Assembly (NCBI GenBank): GCA_963661155.1
Contig: CAVLAW010000001.1
Location: forward strand, 1-60,960
Direction of reading: 5' to 3'
DNA length: 60,960 nucleotides
Source of the DNA: Tidjanibacter massiliensis
Lineage (GTDB): Bacteria > Bacillota > Clostridia > Lachnospirales > Lachnospiraceae
Every line of letters starts with the position of its first letter. Positions within the stretch are counted from its first letter, which is position 1. Positions 41,048 to 50,999 of the stretch are shown one piece after another. Under the pieces are notes generated by a model. That model worked only from the letters and a program-made list of their open reading frames with translations. It ran no database searches and was not told where the DNA came from. The position numbers and the translations under genes are program-made.

Positions 41048-41169
41048 GGATTTCGGAATCGAATTTTCTGAACAGAATATCTTTTGAAACCAAAACACCC
41101 CGGAATACTGGAAATTTTCTTTCCGTATTCCGGGGTGTTTTTTTGTTGCCAATTTTAATCTCGTAAGTT

Positions 41170-42396
41170 TTATTCTACTGTATTTCCGTCTGCATCTACG
41201 GTCACGGTGTTAACCGTTGCGCTGTCCAGAACGGTATTGATCAGGCGCTCCATCATGATATTGCGCACGACTGTGTCTTCGCCGTAATAGTCGTTTGCTG
41301 CGCTCAGGAAATCTTCCTGGGACATGTTGGCGTTGGCTGCCTCATCATTTAAGATCTCCTGATAATCCTGATCGTCTGTTGTCCAGCCTTCTGCCTCTTT
41401 TACGGCATCCAGAAGAAGGGAACTCTTTGCCATCGTTCCTGCGTAAGTAGCTTTCTCCTGATTGTAGGTTGCGCGGTCTGCGTACTGCTCCAGATAGTCA
41501 TCCAGCGTAATGCCATAGCTCTGCAGATAGTTGGTGTACCGTTTGTCGTAATCCTCCTCGCCCATGGTGATGTAGGATTTTGGAATCTTGGTGAAGGTAC
41601 ATCCGTCTGCCAGCTCCTGCATTGCGTCGTCCTGCAGATTGTTTTCTGCTGTCGTCTCGTTTGCTGCCTCAAGCTCGGCGCGTTTTCCTGCATAATAATC
41701 ATCTACGGTGCTGTAATCGGTGTTTGCCGCTACCCACTCATCGTTGAGCTCCCATCCGTCGATATTTTCTGCCGGGCGGGTGAATGCATTTACGGTAACT
41801 GTGAAGACAACGTCTTTTCCTGCCAGATCGGTGCTCTGATAGTTGTCCGGGAATTTCAGGTTGAGGTCTTTCGTTTCACCGGTCTTCATGCCGATGACGC
41901 CGTCCTCGAAACCGTCAATAAAAGTGCCGGAACCGATGACCAGATTGTAGGAATCGCTGCTTCCGCCGTCGAACTCCTCGCCGTCAAGTTTTCCAACGTA
42001 TGCGATATCGGCGGTATCACCTTCCTGTACGGTCGCATCCGGATCTTCCATGGTCACGGATGTCTCTGACAGGATAGCGTTCTGTACATCATCGTCTGTT
42101 ACCTGCTCTACTTTTTTCTCCAGCGTCATGTTTTTGTAATCGCCGAGCGTAACGCACTCTGCCGGATCGACGTCCTCATCCACAACCGGAATGCCATCTA
42201 CATCGCTCGGGGAAGTGTACTCCTCCGAAGCTGTACTGTCGGACGATGTGCTGGATGCATCGGATGTTGAAGAAGCGCTTGTGCTGCTTGCGCTCGATGC
42301 TGAACTGCTGCTTGTTGTATCATTTTTTCCACATCCGCTCACACTGGCTGCTCCCAGTGTCATGAGCAGAAGCATGGCTACTACTTTTCTTTTCAT
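41170..42396 (-). CDS. secreted trigger-factor-like FKBP peptidyl-prolyl isomerase lipoprotein
   Basis: Lipobox VSGC, Ser/Thr linker, FDGG..IGSGTFIDGFE..GM and FP.NY...LAGK motifs; no ribosome-binding domain. Confidence 0.85.
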   Translation of the reverse strand: MKRKVVAMLLLMTLGAASVSGCGKNDTTSSSSASSASSTSASSTSDASSTSSDSTASEEYTSPSDVDGIPVVDEDVDPAECVTLGDYKNMTLEKKVEQVTDDDVQNAILSETSVTMEDPDATVQEGDTADIAYVGKLDGEEFDGGSSDSYNLVIGSGTFIDGFEDGVIGMKTGETKDLNLKFPDNYQSTDLAGKDVVFTVTVNAFTRPAENIDGWELNDEWVAANTDYSTVDDYYAGKRAELEAANETTAENNLQDDAMQELADGCTFTKIPKSYITMGEEDYDKRYTNYLQSYGITLDDYLEQYADRATYNQEKATYAGTMAKSSLLLDAVKEAEGWTTDDQDYQEILNDEAANANMSQEDFLSAANDYYGEDTVVRNIMMERLINTVLDSATVNTVTVDADGNTVE

Positions 42397-42464
42397 TCTT
42401 AAATTTTCCTCCATCTGCGCCGACTCCCGGCACGTCATAAATTTCTTTCACTACCCTTCACTCA

Positions 42465-42594
42465 GCAGTGAAACACTTGCTGTTTCACTGCGTAAGAAAG
42501 TGATTCAGGCGTGAGCAGTCCTCCTTTTGCGAAGCAAAACTTTAAATGAGGACTGCGAAGGTTACAGTTCACAGGGAACCTGTGAACTGTGACC
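42465..42594. repeat. three-hairpin REP-like intergenic element
   Basis: GCAGTGAAACA/TGTTTCACTGC; GCAGTCCTC/GAGGACTGC enclosing TTTTGC-GAA-GCAAAA; GGTTACAGTTCACAGG/CCTGTGAACTGTGACC. Confidence 0.7.
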
Positions 42595-42792
42595 CTCATT
42601 CTACCATACTTGAAGGGTAAAAAAAAGGCTGGGGCTCCGATTTTAGAAATTCTTATGATTTTCGGCCTGAAAATCGCCTGGATTGGGCTAAAATGTGTTT
42701 GCGTTTTGCCGGAATCAATGTTAGAATGTTCATAGACTGGCATCGTACGTTCCGATGCCCACATTATTTTTTTGCAGAGGAGGAATAGAGGG

Positions 42793-43248
42793 ATGAAACC
42801 CTGGATTATCGTATTAATCGTATTAGCTGTCATCGCTGTCATCCTTGGTCTGCTGTATTACTTCGGTAAAAAAGCACAGACAAAACAGGCCGCACAGCAG
42901 GAACAAATGGAGGCCATGAAACAGACTGTCTCCATGTTGATCATAGATAAGAAAAAGCTTCGCATGAAAGACTCCGGACTTCCGCAGATGGTCATCGACC
43001 AGACACCGAAAATGATGCGTCGTGCAAAACTGCCGATCGTCAAAGCAAAAGTCGGTCCGAGAATCATGACACTGATCTGCGACGCTGCTATCTTCGATCA
43101 GATCCCGGTGAAAAAAGAAGTCAAAGCTACCGTAAGCGGTATCTACATCACCGGCGTCCGCGGCATCCGCGGTTCTTTAGAGCAGCCGGCAAAGAAAAAC
43201 GGCTTCTGGCAGAGAATGCTCCGCAAGGCGCGCGGCGAAGAGAAATAA
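42793..43248 (+). CDS. conserved hypothetical membrane-anchored basic protein
   Basis: N-terminal TM helix, good RBS and a downstream terminator. Confidence 0.8.
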   Translation: MKPWIIVLIVLAVIAVILGLLYYFGKKAQTKQAAQQEQMEAMKQTVSMLIIDKKKLRMKDSGLPQMVIDQTPKMMRRAKLPIVKAKVGPRIMTLICDAAIFDQIPVKKEVKATVSGIYITGVRGIRGSLEQPAKKNGFWQRMLRKARGEEK

Positions 43249-43353
43249 AATTTCATCAGAACATAAAGATACCCGAGTTGAATGTTCTTCATTCTTCTCG
43301 GGTATTTTTTGTTGCTCGGCATATCAATAATTGGTCCAGTGGACCAATTTTGA

Positions 43354-43806
43354 TTATAGATTTATTTTTCCGCCTTCCCGCGGTCTCACCTCGATATCGA
43401 TTACGCAGTCGCCTACGTAGCTGTCGTTGATGTCGAGTGCATATTCTGCTTTCAGTAAAATCTGATCCGGCGTCTCTTTCATTCTGACCTTTGTTGCCGC
43501 AACGCCCATGTTCATCATGCCATATGGCGTGTGATAAAACGAGATGTTCTTTTTATCTTCCTCAAAAACCATATGAACATCGATCAGGCCGCGCTTGCGC
43601 ACCTCGAGGGCATTTTCCGTGAATTTGATCATGTTGTGCGTCATCATGTCAAAGCCTTCGGTCGCCTCGTCGTAGATCAGAAAATGATGGCCGTTTTTCT
43701 TGTAATACGATCCCGTCGTCATAACCTCCACCGGTTCCTGTTCGCCGGTCTCCTCATCCATCAGATACTGCAGTCCGCGGATGCTGATGAGTACGTCTTT
43801 TTCCAT
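43354..43806 (-). CDS. DUF1934 (YwiB-like) family protein
   Basis: G.YY.K.G..F..Y.E, M.FE and Y.TPYG motifs; lies downstream of murI. Confidence 0.85.
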   Translation of the reverse strand: MEKDVLISIRGLQYLMDEETGEQEPVEVMTTGSYYKKNGHHFLIYDEATEGFDMMTHNMIKFTENALEVRKRGLIDVHMVFEEDKKNISFYHTPYGMMNMGVAATKVRMKETPDQILLKAEYALDINDSYVGDCVIDIEVRPREGGKINL

Positions 43807-43833
43807 CCTCTTCTGGTGTTCCTCTCTTTTTTT

Positions 43834-44005
43834 TGATACAAGATTGCTCCGTACTTCGTACTCCCGCAATCTTCAAAAACATTCGCAATCCGCTCATTTT
43901 TCTTCGAAAAATGGCTACTTACTCATGTTTTTGCGGATCCCAAGTTCTAAAATCCTCCTGCAAGCAAGCTTGCGTCAGATTTTCGACCTTTTGACCCTAG
44001 TATCA
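43834..44005 (-). repeat. dispersed REP/MITE-like element, copy 2
   Basis: Reverse complement of 17121-17292 with TGATAC...GTATCA ends; overlaps the murI stop codon. Confidence 0.85.
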
Positions 44006-44827
44006 GAAGTTTTCTATCTGTACCTGTTTCGTGTCGCTGATCTGCTCTGGCAGCACGGAATGCGCGAAAGCATTGAACCGCTCCACGCCGTCGCTCGCAA
44101 AGAACTGATATTTCTGACGGCCCAGTTCGTCGTTTCCCGGGTTTTCCAGATCCAGGTCACGCAGCAGTCTGCGCAGCGCCTGTGATGTCTCATATGCCGG
44201 GTTGACGAGCGTTACTTTCTCTCCTACCACTTTCCGCAGCAGGGAACGCAGCAGCGGATAATGCGTACAGCCCATGATCAGGGTGTCGATATCTTTATCC
44301 AGAATTTCTGCCAGATAGCGGCGCGCTACTTCTTCCGTAATCGGGTCTTTCGTCCAGCCCTCTTCTACGAGCGGCACGAACAGCGGGCACGGCTTTCCGT
44401 AAACGGTGATCGCCGGGTCTGCCTCGGTGATGAGCTGCTGGTAAAGGCCGCTCTGGATCGTGCTCTCGGTTGCGATAACGCCGACGCGCTTGTTCTGCGT
44501 CGTCTCGACTGCCATCTGTGCGCCCGGTTTTACGACTCCGATGATTGGGAGATCAATCTCTTTTTCGATGGTGTCGAGTGCCAGCGCACTTGCGGTGTTG
44601 CAGGCGATGACGATAGCCTTGACCTGCTGGGTTTCCAGAAAGTGTACGATCTGGCGGGAATAGCGGATGACGGTGTTTTTTGATTTGGAACCGTACGGCA
44701 CGCGCGCGGTATCTCCAAAATATACGATTCGCTCGTCCGGCAGATTTCGCATAATCTCACGCACTACGGTCAGTCCGCCGACACCGGAATCAAAGACGCC
44801 GATCGGCGCCTGTCTGTCTGCTTTCAT
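44003..44827 (-). CDS. murI: glutamate racemase
   Basis: FDSGVGGLTV, PYGSK, ACNTAS and GCTHYP motifs. Confidence 0.97.
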   Translation of the reverse strand: MKADRQAPIGVFDSGVGGLTVVREIMRNLPDERIVYFGDTARVPYGSKSKNTVIRYSRQIVHFLETQQVKAIVIACNTASALALDTIEKEIDLPIIGVVKPGAQMAVETTQNKRVGVIATESTIQSGLYQQLITEADPAITVYGKPCPLFVPLVEEGWTKDPITEEVARRYLAEILDKDIDTLIMGCTHYPLLRSLLRKVVGEKVTLVNPAYETSQALRRLLRDLDLENPGNDELGRQKYQFFASDGVERFNAFAHSVLPEQISDTKQVQIENF

Positions 44828-45024
44828 AGTTTCCTCCATTTTTCATCCGACATAAGGTTCTTCTGTCCTGCCGGATGGGGTTTATTTCTATCTTTAATAT
44901 ATCTCAAATTTTTATATTTCTTTTTTCATTTCACAACCATTGGTAAAATAGGTCGCTGATACATTATTTTAACCCGAATGGAGCAAGATTGCAATCATTT
45001 CTCTCGAAAGACTTTCGAAAAACA

Positions 45025-45774
45025 CTATGAAAATAAGGAAAAATGGAAGGAAATGCGGTCGCTTTTCAGGATTTCGCGGTAGGCGGCGTCACTCAATAAG
45101 TCCTGCAGCGGGATTCGGCTTTTTTCGACTTTTTCTGCACTTTCGCCGTTTTCGTTTACGGGACGCAGGGCATCGTAGAAGCAGAGCGACGGGTACAGCA
45201 TGCACCACCAGTTATGGCCTTTGGCTCTGCCGATGTTGATCTGAAGGGCGTCGTACGTTCCGGCGGGGAGAATGTAGGCGCCGGTTTCTTTTTCTTCGAA
45301 ACTGGCTTTTCCGTACGTTACGGTTACCTCATCGGTACTGCCGCCCGCGCGTAAGGTATGGACAGCGGCTGCCTGAATGGCGGACTCGTTCTGTCGCAGG
45401 ATTTCTTCGGTTTCGGTTTTCGTTTCGGCTCCGCTTAAGATCGTCTGCAGTTCTTCGGCGACGGCGTCACGCACCTGGAGTTTGAGCTGCTGGTCGCTTG
45501 TGCGGTCGCTGTTGGCTTTGATGTGAAAACGCACGATCTCAGCAGCGACTTCCTGCTGCAGGTGGAACTCACGGAGAAGATTTGCGGTGCCGGACAGGAT
45601 CAGGGCCGCAATGCAGACGGGTAGCCAGCGGCGGCAGAAAATTTGAAAGACTGCCTTGCATTGGCTTCCATGCCGATTTTGGGACTCGATCCGAAACTGT
45701 ACCTGCTTCTTCTGGCGTTTATTCTGTGCCTGATTTTGATTCCGTTGCTTACTCTGTACTTTTTTCTCGTTCAT
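45025..45774 (-). CDS. spoIIR: stage II sporulation protein R
   Basis: RFHI.ANSD...DQ.LKL.VRD and G.NWWC.LYP.LC motifs. Confidence 0.92.
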   Translation of the reverse strand: MNEKKVQSKQRNQNQAQNKRQKKQVQFRIESQNRHGSQCKAVFQIFCRRWLPVCIAALILSGTANLLREFHLQQEVAAEIVRFHIKANSDRTSDQQLKLQVRDAVAEELQTILSGAETKTETEEILRQNESAIQAAAVHTLRAGGSTDEVTVTYGKASFEEKETGAYILPAGTYDALQINIGRAKGHNWWCMLYPSLCFYDALRPVNENGESAEKVEKSRIPLQDLLSDAAYREILKSDRISFHFSLFS

Positions 45775-45844
45775 ATGCTGTGCCTCCTGTTTTTTCCAGT
45801 TTTGCCGGATTCCAGAACTTTTATGCACAGACATACACTGCCCC

Positions 45845-47557
45845 TTACGGCACTTTTGGAATCCACGGAATACTCCGCGCATTTTCCCACGCATAACACA
45901 GCTCTGCCAGCGTCACGGCCTCTTTTTGATCCACCCGGTTGTCGTAAATTCCGCAGAGGTATTCGCCGACGGATTCTACCTGTTTTCCGTTCTGCTCCAT
46001 AATGAGACCGGGGTCCTCGGCGTGAAACAAATAGGCGTTGTGCCCGAGCGCGCGGTCCTGTTCCAGATACGTCAGCAGTTCCTCCATCCGTCTGCGGTCG
46101 GCGAGCAGTGCATTCGAAAATACGATTGCCTGCACGTGGCCGGTGTCGAGATCGTATTCTTCTGTGCTGTCGTACTGCTGTCCGATCTCCTCGAATGTCT
46201 CCGCCTCAAAAAACAGCGATGCCGGTTCTTCATCAGTTCCCTCCTCCTGCTCATCCTTTCCCTGACCGGTCACTACCGCGAGATTGGCGGGTGCATACCA
46301 GACGCGCCACCTACTGCCTGTCCTTTCTGCTGCCTCGCCATCTTCACCGCTTTCCGGCACAGCAGAGTCTTCCTCCGTATCATCAATATAATCAAAGGCA
46401 ATCGCCAGCGGATACAGCCGCTTTTCCGGCTCCACTGCCCCGCAGGATGACAGTGCGACGACTCCAACGAACGCCAGGCATATCAACCGCAGTTTTTTCA
46501 TCCGCTTCTGGCAGAATCCGAGCAATACGGTGATGCCGAGAAAAAACGGAAAGTACCCGTATCGGACCGACCACCCGCTTTCCGCACACGACAGCAGCCA
46601 TATCAATAGCGCCGCACCAATCCGCACATAGAGATTCTGCGGTTTCCACAGCCCCGTCTTCTCTCCGACCAGCGATACGTAAAACAGCAGACTTCCAAGC
46701 GTAAATAAAAGTCCCATCAGAAGAATCGCCATCCACAGAATATCAAACCGCTCGAGAAACCCGCCCGGCAGGCTCGTTCCTGCCATCAACAGCAGGAGCG
46801 GATCCTGCGCCGCAGCCGTGCCGCGCTGGCCGAAAACGCCGAGCAGCGCTGCGCTCCCCGCGATCACAAGAAATCCCGTTTTCCAGACACTCTGCGTCAC
46901 CGGAAGAATCACACTCTGACGCTCTTTCTGCACATGCACGAACAGAAACGGCAGCAGCGCCAGCGGTGTTCCGTTTTCGAGCGTTCTCCACACGTTCCGC
47001 CCAAAAAGTGCTCCGTTATCCACAGGTTCAACAGCTCTCATCGTTTTCCATGCACCGTCAAACGCGGAAAAATGCATCTGCGGAATTGTCAGCAGCAGCA
47101 AAACCAGAATTCCGGTGAGAATCCACGGATAAAGAAATTCCGCCAGCCGTCCCCGCCGCTGCACCTCACCGCCGACACCACCTCCGGCCGCCGCGACGAG
47201 AAGCAGTGCACAGAGCGCCCGTGATACGCCCGCTGTCAGATACGTTAATGCAAGTTCTGCCATCCGGCGAAGCAATGTTCCTCCCATGAAAAATAAAAAG
47301 GCGAGATAAAGAACCGCCAGCAGAACCTTGCCCACTTTCCCGAGCACTGTTTCCAGCCTGCAGTAAATTCCACCGAGGCGCACGAGATAAATGCACCATA
47401 CAGTAATCAGCACATACCCGGCGAAAATCCCCGTAATGCCGGGAATCCCGTCCGACGCCCCGTACGCCGCGAGCTGCCAGAACGCCGGGCAGAGCAGGAC
47501 GAGCACGATCTGACGTTCCATCTGGCGCTGTGAAATTTTATCATTTTCCGAGAACAT
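45845..47557 (-). CDS. spore germination receptor B subunit fused to a short C-subunit-like domain
   Basis: ISQRQ and FLERFD GerAB motifs, followed by an internal lipobox LSSC and E.R.Y..AIAFD. Confidence 0.75.
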   Translation of the reverse strand: MFSENDKISQRQMERQIVLVLLCPAFWQLAAYGASDGIPGITGIFAGYVLITVWCIYLVRLGGIYCRLETVLGKVGKVLLAVLYLAFLFFMGGTLLRRMAELALTYLTAGVSRALCALLLVAAAGGGVGGEVQRRGRLAEFLYPWILTGILVLLLLTIPQMHFSAFDGAWKTMRAVEPVDNGALFGRNVWRTLENGTPLALLPFLFVHVQKERQSVILPVTQSVWKTGFLVIAGSAALLGVFGQRGTAAAQDPLLLLMAGTSLPGGFLERFDILWMAILLMGLLFTLGSLLFYVSLVGEKTGLWKPQNLYVRIGAALLIWLLSCAESGWSVRYGYFPFFLGITVLLGFCQKRMKKLRLICLAFVGVVALSSCGAVEPEKRLYPLAIAFDYIDDTEEDSAVPESGEDGEAAERTGSRWRVWYAPANLAVVTGQGKDEQEEGTDEEPASLFFEAETFEEIGQQYDSTEEYDLDTGHVQAIVFSNALLADRRRMEELLTYLEQDRALGHNAYLFHAEDPGLIMEQNGKQVESVGEYLCGIYDNRVDQKEAVTLAELCYAWENARSIPWIPKVP

Positions 47558-47560
47558 GCG

Positions 47561-49087
47561 TCATCCTCCTTTCTGGTTTTTTCCGGGATCCTCCGTCTCA
47601 CGATTTTTCCGAAGCCGCACTCTCTGATCCCGTTTTGCAAACACCGGCCGCTCCCGCATCCGGTGCAGCGGCGGCCGCCACACGGAATCCTTCGGCGCAT
47701 GGTAATCCGCAAGCCCCTTCCCGACGAACGGCATCAGATACGGAATGCCGAAGCTCGTGAGTCCGGCAAGGTGACCCGCAAGAAGAAAACTGCCGAGCAC
47801 CATGCCAAAAATTCCGAGCCATCCGCCGAGTAAAATAAAACCAAACTTCAATAACCGGAACGGCGCGCCGAACTCCTCATTCGGGATCGCAAGCGAACAG
47901 AGCGCCGAGACCGCCACCACAACCACGGTCATCGGACTCACGAGATTGGCGGAAACCGCCGCATCTCCGATGATCAGTCCTCCCACAATTCCGATCGTCC
48001 CGCCGAGCGGCCCCGGCATGCGCACACCGGCCTCACGGATCAGTTCAAACGCAAATTCCATCAGCAGAATTTCCAGAATGCCGGGGAACGGAACGCCTTT
48101 CCGCGCTTCAGCAAACGCCAGTAAGAGCTTGGTCGGAAGCACCTGGGTATGAAAGCCCGTCACTGCGAGATATCCGCCCGAAATCCACAGGGCAAGAAAG
48201 ACCGCCGCGTACCGCAGCAGCCGCCCGAACGATGCAATCAAAAAATGGTGATACCGGTCTTCGCTTACTTTTAAAAAACTGTCAAACGCAGCCGGAAAGA
48301 GAATCCCGACCGGCGAATTGTCGCATAAGAGCAGGATTCTGCCGTCCAGAATTTCCATCGCCGCACGGTCCGGCCGTTCGGTCGTCTCGAAGCGGGGGAA
48401 CGGCGATTTCCACTGCGGTTCGCAGAGCTGCTCCACCATTCCGCTGTCAAAAACGCCGTCCACCTTCCAGCCGGCAATCTCTCTTTTTACTGTCTCCAGA
48501 AACTTCGGATAAATCAGCTCCTTCTCATACACCAGAGCCAGAACCGTATCAGAACGCGCACCAAAATGTATTTCCTCCACTTTCAGATCGGTGGTCCGCA
48601 GCCGCTTGCGGATCAGTGCCGTGTTGGTTTTGACGGAATCGGAAAAGCCTTCGTTGGAGCCGCGCAGCACCTTCTCGGATTCGGCCTTCTGCACGCCCAT
48701 GTTGGGATAGCCTTTGGAACCGATTTTGACGGCGCGGTCGTAGTGATCGATAAAGAGAACGGCGTTTCCAGCCAGCATGGAGGCGAAGGCATCCCCAAGG
48801 GTATCAAATTCCAGCGTGTCGGAGATTCCGAGCAGGTTTTCGGATAGGAATGTCGGGATTTCGGACTCGGGGACTTCCATCAGGCGGTTCAATAATTTGC
48901 CGATCACGGAATCCTCCAGCGTAACACAGCTCACCGCCACTTCTACATAAATCAGCAGCGCCCCGGTTCCGCCTGCCTTTCCGATTTTCATCGGGCGGAT
49001 CTGGATATCGTCGCAGTTTTCACACCATGCGCGGATCACACTTTCATTTTCCGCCAGCGATAATGATATGTTTGTTTTATTCTCCAC
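47561..49087 (-). CDS. spore germination receptor A subunit (GerA/GerKA family)
   Basis: TERPD, VPFP, E..REAG.RMP and IVGGLIIGDAAV.A motifs; GTG start at 49087 after GGAGG. Confidence 0.93.
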   Translation of the reverse strand: MENKTNISLSLAENESVIRAWCENCDDIQIRPMKIGKAGGTGALLIYVEVAVSCVTLEDSVIGKLLNRLMEVPESEIPTFLSENLLGISDTLEFDTLGDAFASMLAGNAVLFIDHYDRAVKIGSKGYPNMGVQKAESEKVLRGSNEGFSDSVKTNTALIRKRLRTTDLKVEEIHFGARSDTVLALVYEKELIYPKFLETVKREIAGWKVDGVFDSGMVEQLCEPQWKSPFPRFETTERPDRAAMEILDGRILLLCDNSPVGILFPAAFDSFLKVSEDRYHHFLIASFGRLLRYAAVFLALWISGGYLAVTGFHTQVLPTKLLLAFAEARKGVPFPGILEILLMEFAFELIREAGVRMPGPLGGTIGIVGGLIIGDAAVSANLVSPMTVVVVAVSALCSLAIPNEEFGAPFRLLKFGFILLGGWLGIFGMVLGSFLLAGHLAGLTSFGIPYLMPFVGKGLADYHAPKDSVWRPPLHRMRERPVFAKRDQRVRLRKNRETEDPGKNQKGG

Positions 49088-49112
49088 GCTGCAGACCCTC
49101 CTTCCATAAATT

Positions 49113-49260
49113 AACCGAGAGAAACACGCTCCGCGAATTTCTCTCGGTTTCGCGGCAGTCGTCAAGGTCTCGTGCAAGCACGGACTTTGACTCGTTGCTC
49201 GCGAAAAAAAACGAACATTCTGCCGCAGAGTTTTCACTCCGTAACAGAATGTTCGTTTTT
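49113..49260. repeat. three-hairpin REP-like element upstream of gerA
   Basis: AACCGAGAGAAA/TTTCTCTCGGTT; a stem capped by GTGC-AA-GCAC; AAAAACGAACATTCTG/CAGAATGTTCGTTTTT. Confidence 0.7.
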
Positions 49261-49277
49261 CAAATTTTTATACGCGT

Positions 49278-49988
49278 TTATTTCTCTTCCGCATCCGCCA
49301 TATTCTGGTGATGCACGGTCTGCATAATGCTTTCCTGCTGCCGCTCGATATGCTCGCGGATCATTTTCTGTGCTCCCGCAAGATCCCGTTTTTTCACACG
49401 CTCATAGAGGGCATCGTGCTCCTCCACCAGTGAGCGGCGGGATTTTACATCTTTTAAGTATTCGATGCGGTAGCGGTACATCTGCTCCCGCAGGTTATTC
49501 AGAAGCTGGATCAGACGCTCATTGTTCGTCGCCTGATAAATCACATCGTGAAAATCCACATCCGCCTGCGCAAGCTTCTGCAGGTCATCGGTCTCCGTCT
49601 CGATCAGTTTCTCGAAACTGCGGGACGCCTGATACAGGCTGCGCAGTTCTTCCTCGGTAATCCGTTCACACGCCAGCTTCACCGCCAGCTCCTCGAGCCC
49701 GAGCCGCACCTCCAGCACGTCGTTCAGGTCTTTTTCCGTAATCTGTGCCACCTGTGCGCCCTTCCGCGGCACCATGATCACAAGACCGTCCAGCTCCAGC
49801 ATGCGGATTGCCTCACGGATCGGGGTACGTGAAACGCCGAGCTGATTCGCCAGCCGGATTTCCATCAGCCGCTCGCCCGGCTTTAACTCTCCGCGCAGAA
49901 TTGCCTGCCGCAGCGTGCGGAACACAACATCGCGCAGCGGAAGGTACTGATAATCTTCCATCTGCAGATCCAAATCATTTTTTGCCAT
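49278..49988 (-). CDS. GntR (FCD) family regulator
   Basis: PLRDVVF and LGVSRTPIREA motifs plus FCD domain. Confidence 0.93.
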   Translation of the reverse strand: MAKNDLDLQMEDYQYLPLRDVVFRTLRQAILRGELKPGERLMEIRLANQLGVSRTPIREAIRMLELDGLVIMVPRKGAQVAQITEKDLNDVLEVRLGLEELAVKLACERITEEELRSLYQASRSFEKLIETETDDLQKLAQADVDFHDVIYQATNNERLIQLLNNLREQMYRYRIEYLKDVKSRRSLVEEHDALYERVKKRDLAGAQKMIREHIERQQESIMQTVHHQNMADAEEK

Positions 49989-50856
49989 ACTTTGTACCTC
50001 CCGATTTTGATACTGTTGTCAGGAATGTCTGCTTCGACAGTCCGCTCATCTTTAACTGATCCCGTGCGAATTCCGCCTTGTCCGGATCGTCGAAAACACC
50101 GAACACGGTCGGGCCGCTGCCGCTCATCATCGCATTAACCGCGCCGTTTTTCATCATCAATGCCTTGATCTCGTCGATGACCGGATACGCCGGGCATGTC
50201 ACGGATTCCAGCACATTTCCCATACGGTCTGTGATGCCATACAGATCGTGGTTCCGGATCGCCTGCACCATGCCGTCAATGTCGGGATGCTCCGTCACCT
50301 GATCGAGATGCAGATTTCCGTAAACGAATTTTGTCGAAACATTGATCCCCGGTTTTCCGATCAGCACGTAGCACATCGGCACGCCGGGAAGGGCGGTCAG
50401 CTTCTCGCCGATGCCTTCCGCCAGCGCCGTTCCGCGCATGACACAGTACGGTACATCAGCGCCGATCTGTACGCCGCGCTCCATCAGCTGGCGTTTTGTA
50501 AGACCCAGCTGGAACATGCGGTTGATTCCCACCAGCGCCGCCGCTGCATCGGAGCTTCCTCCCGCCATGCCGGCTGCCACCGGGATAAATTTTGTCAGGT
50601 TCATATCGACACCCTGGTGAATATCAAACTCATCCATCAGAAGCTTTGCCGCTTTGTACACCAGATTTCCGTCGTTGCACGGCAGAAACGGCAGATTGGT
50701 TGTCAGCCGGATGCCCGGCTCTTTGCTTTCTTTGATTTCCAGCTGATCGTACATCTGGATCGTCTGCATTACCATGCGGACTTCATGGTAACCGTCTTCT
50801 CTTTTTCTGGTCACGTCAAGACCAAGATTTATTTTCGCAAGCGCACGCAGTTTCAT
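49975..50856 (-). CDS. ispE: 4-diphosphocytidyl-2-C-methyl-D-erythritol kinase
   Basis: AKINLGL, DGYHE, IPVAAGMAGGSSDAAA and MSGSGPTVFG motifs. Confidence 0.96.
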   Translation of the reverse strand: MKLRALAKINLGLDVTRKREDGYHEVRMVMQTIQMYDQLEIKESKEPGIRLTTNLPFLPCNDGNLVYKAAKLLMDEFDIHQGVDMNLTKFIPVAAGMAGGSSDAAAALVGINRMFQLGLTKRQLMERGVQIGADVPYCVMRGTALAEGIGEKLTALPGVPMCYVLIGKPGINVSTKFVYGNLHLDQVTEHPDIDGMVQAIRNHDLYGITDRMGNVLESVTCPAYPVIDEIKALMMKNGAVNAMMSGSGPTVFGVFDDPDKAEFARDQLKMSGLSKQTFLTTVSKSGGTKYGKK

Positions 50857-50970
50857 CGTAAGCACCACCTTCGGTAATGTTTTTTGAATGTTTTTTGTAT
50901 ACATTTTTATACAATAAATATTAATGGATTTTCCGCTGTTTTTCAAGCGTTATGTTGATTTTTTCTATTA

Positions 50971-50999
50971 GAAAACGGACCTTTCTGCGGTCCGTTTTC
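50971..50999 (-). terminator. terminator after the riboswitch-controlled remnant
   Basis: GAAAACGGACC-7 nt-GGTCCGTTTTC. Confidence 0.65.

Noticed and set aside
49088..49237. N-terminal extensions of gerA (and DUF1934) given in the ORF track
   Set aside because: The extensions run through repeat elements; better RBS-supported starts lie downstream.
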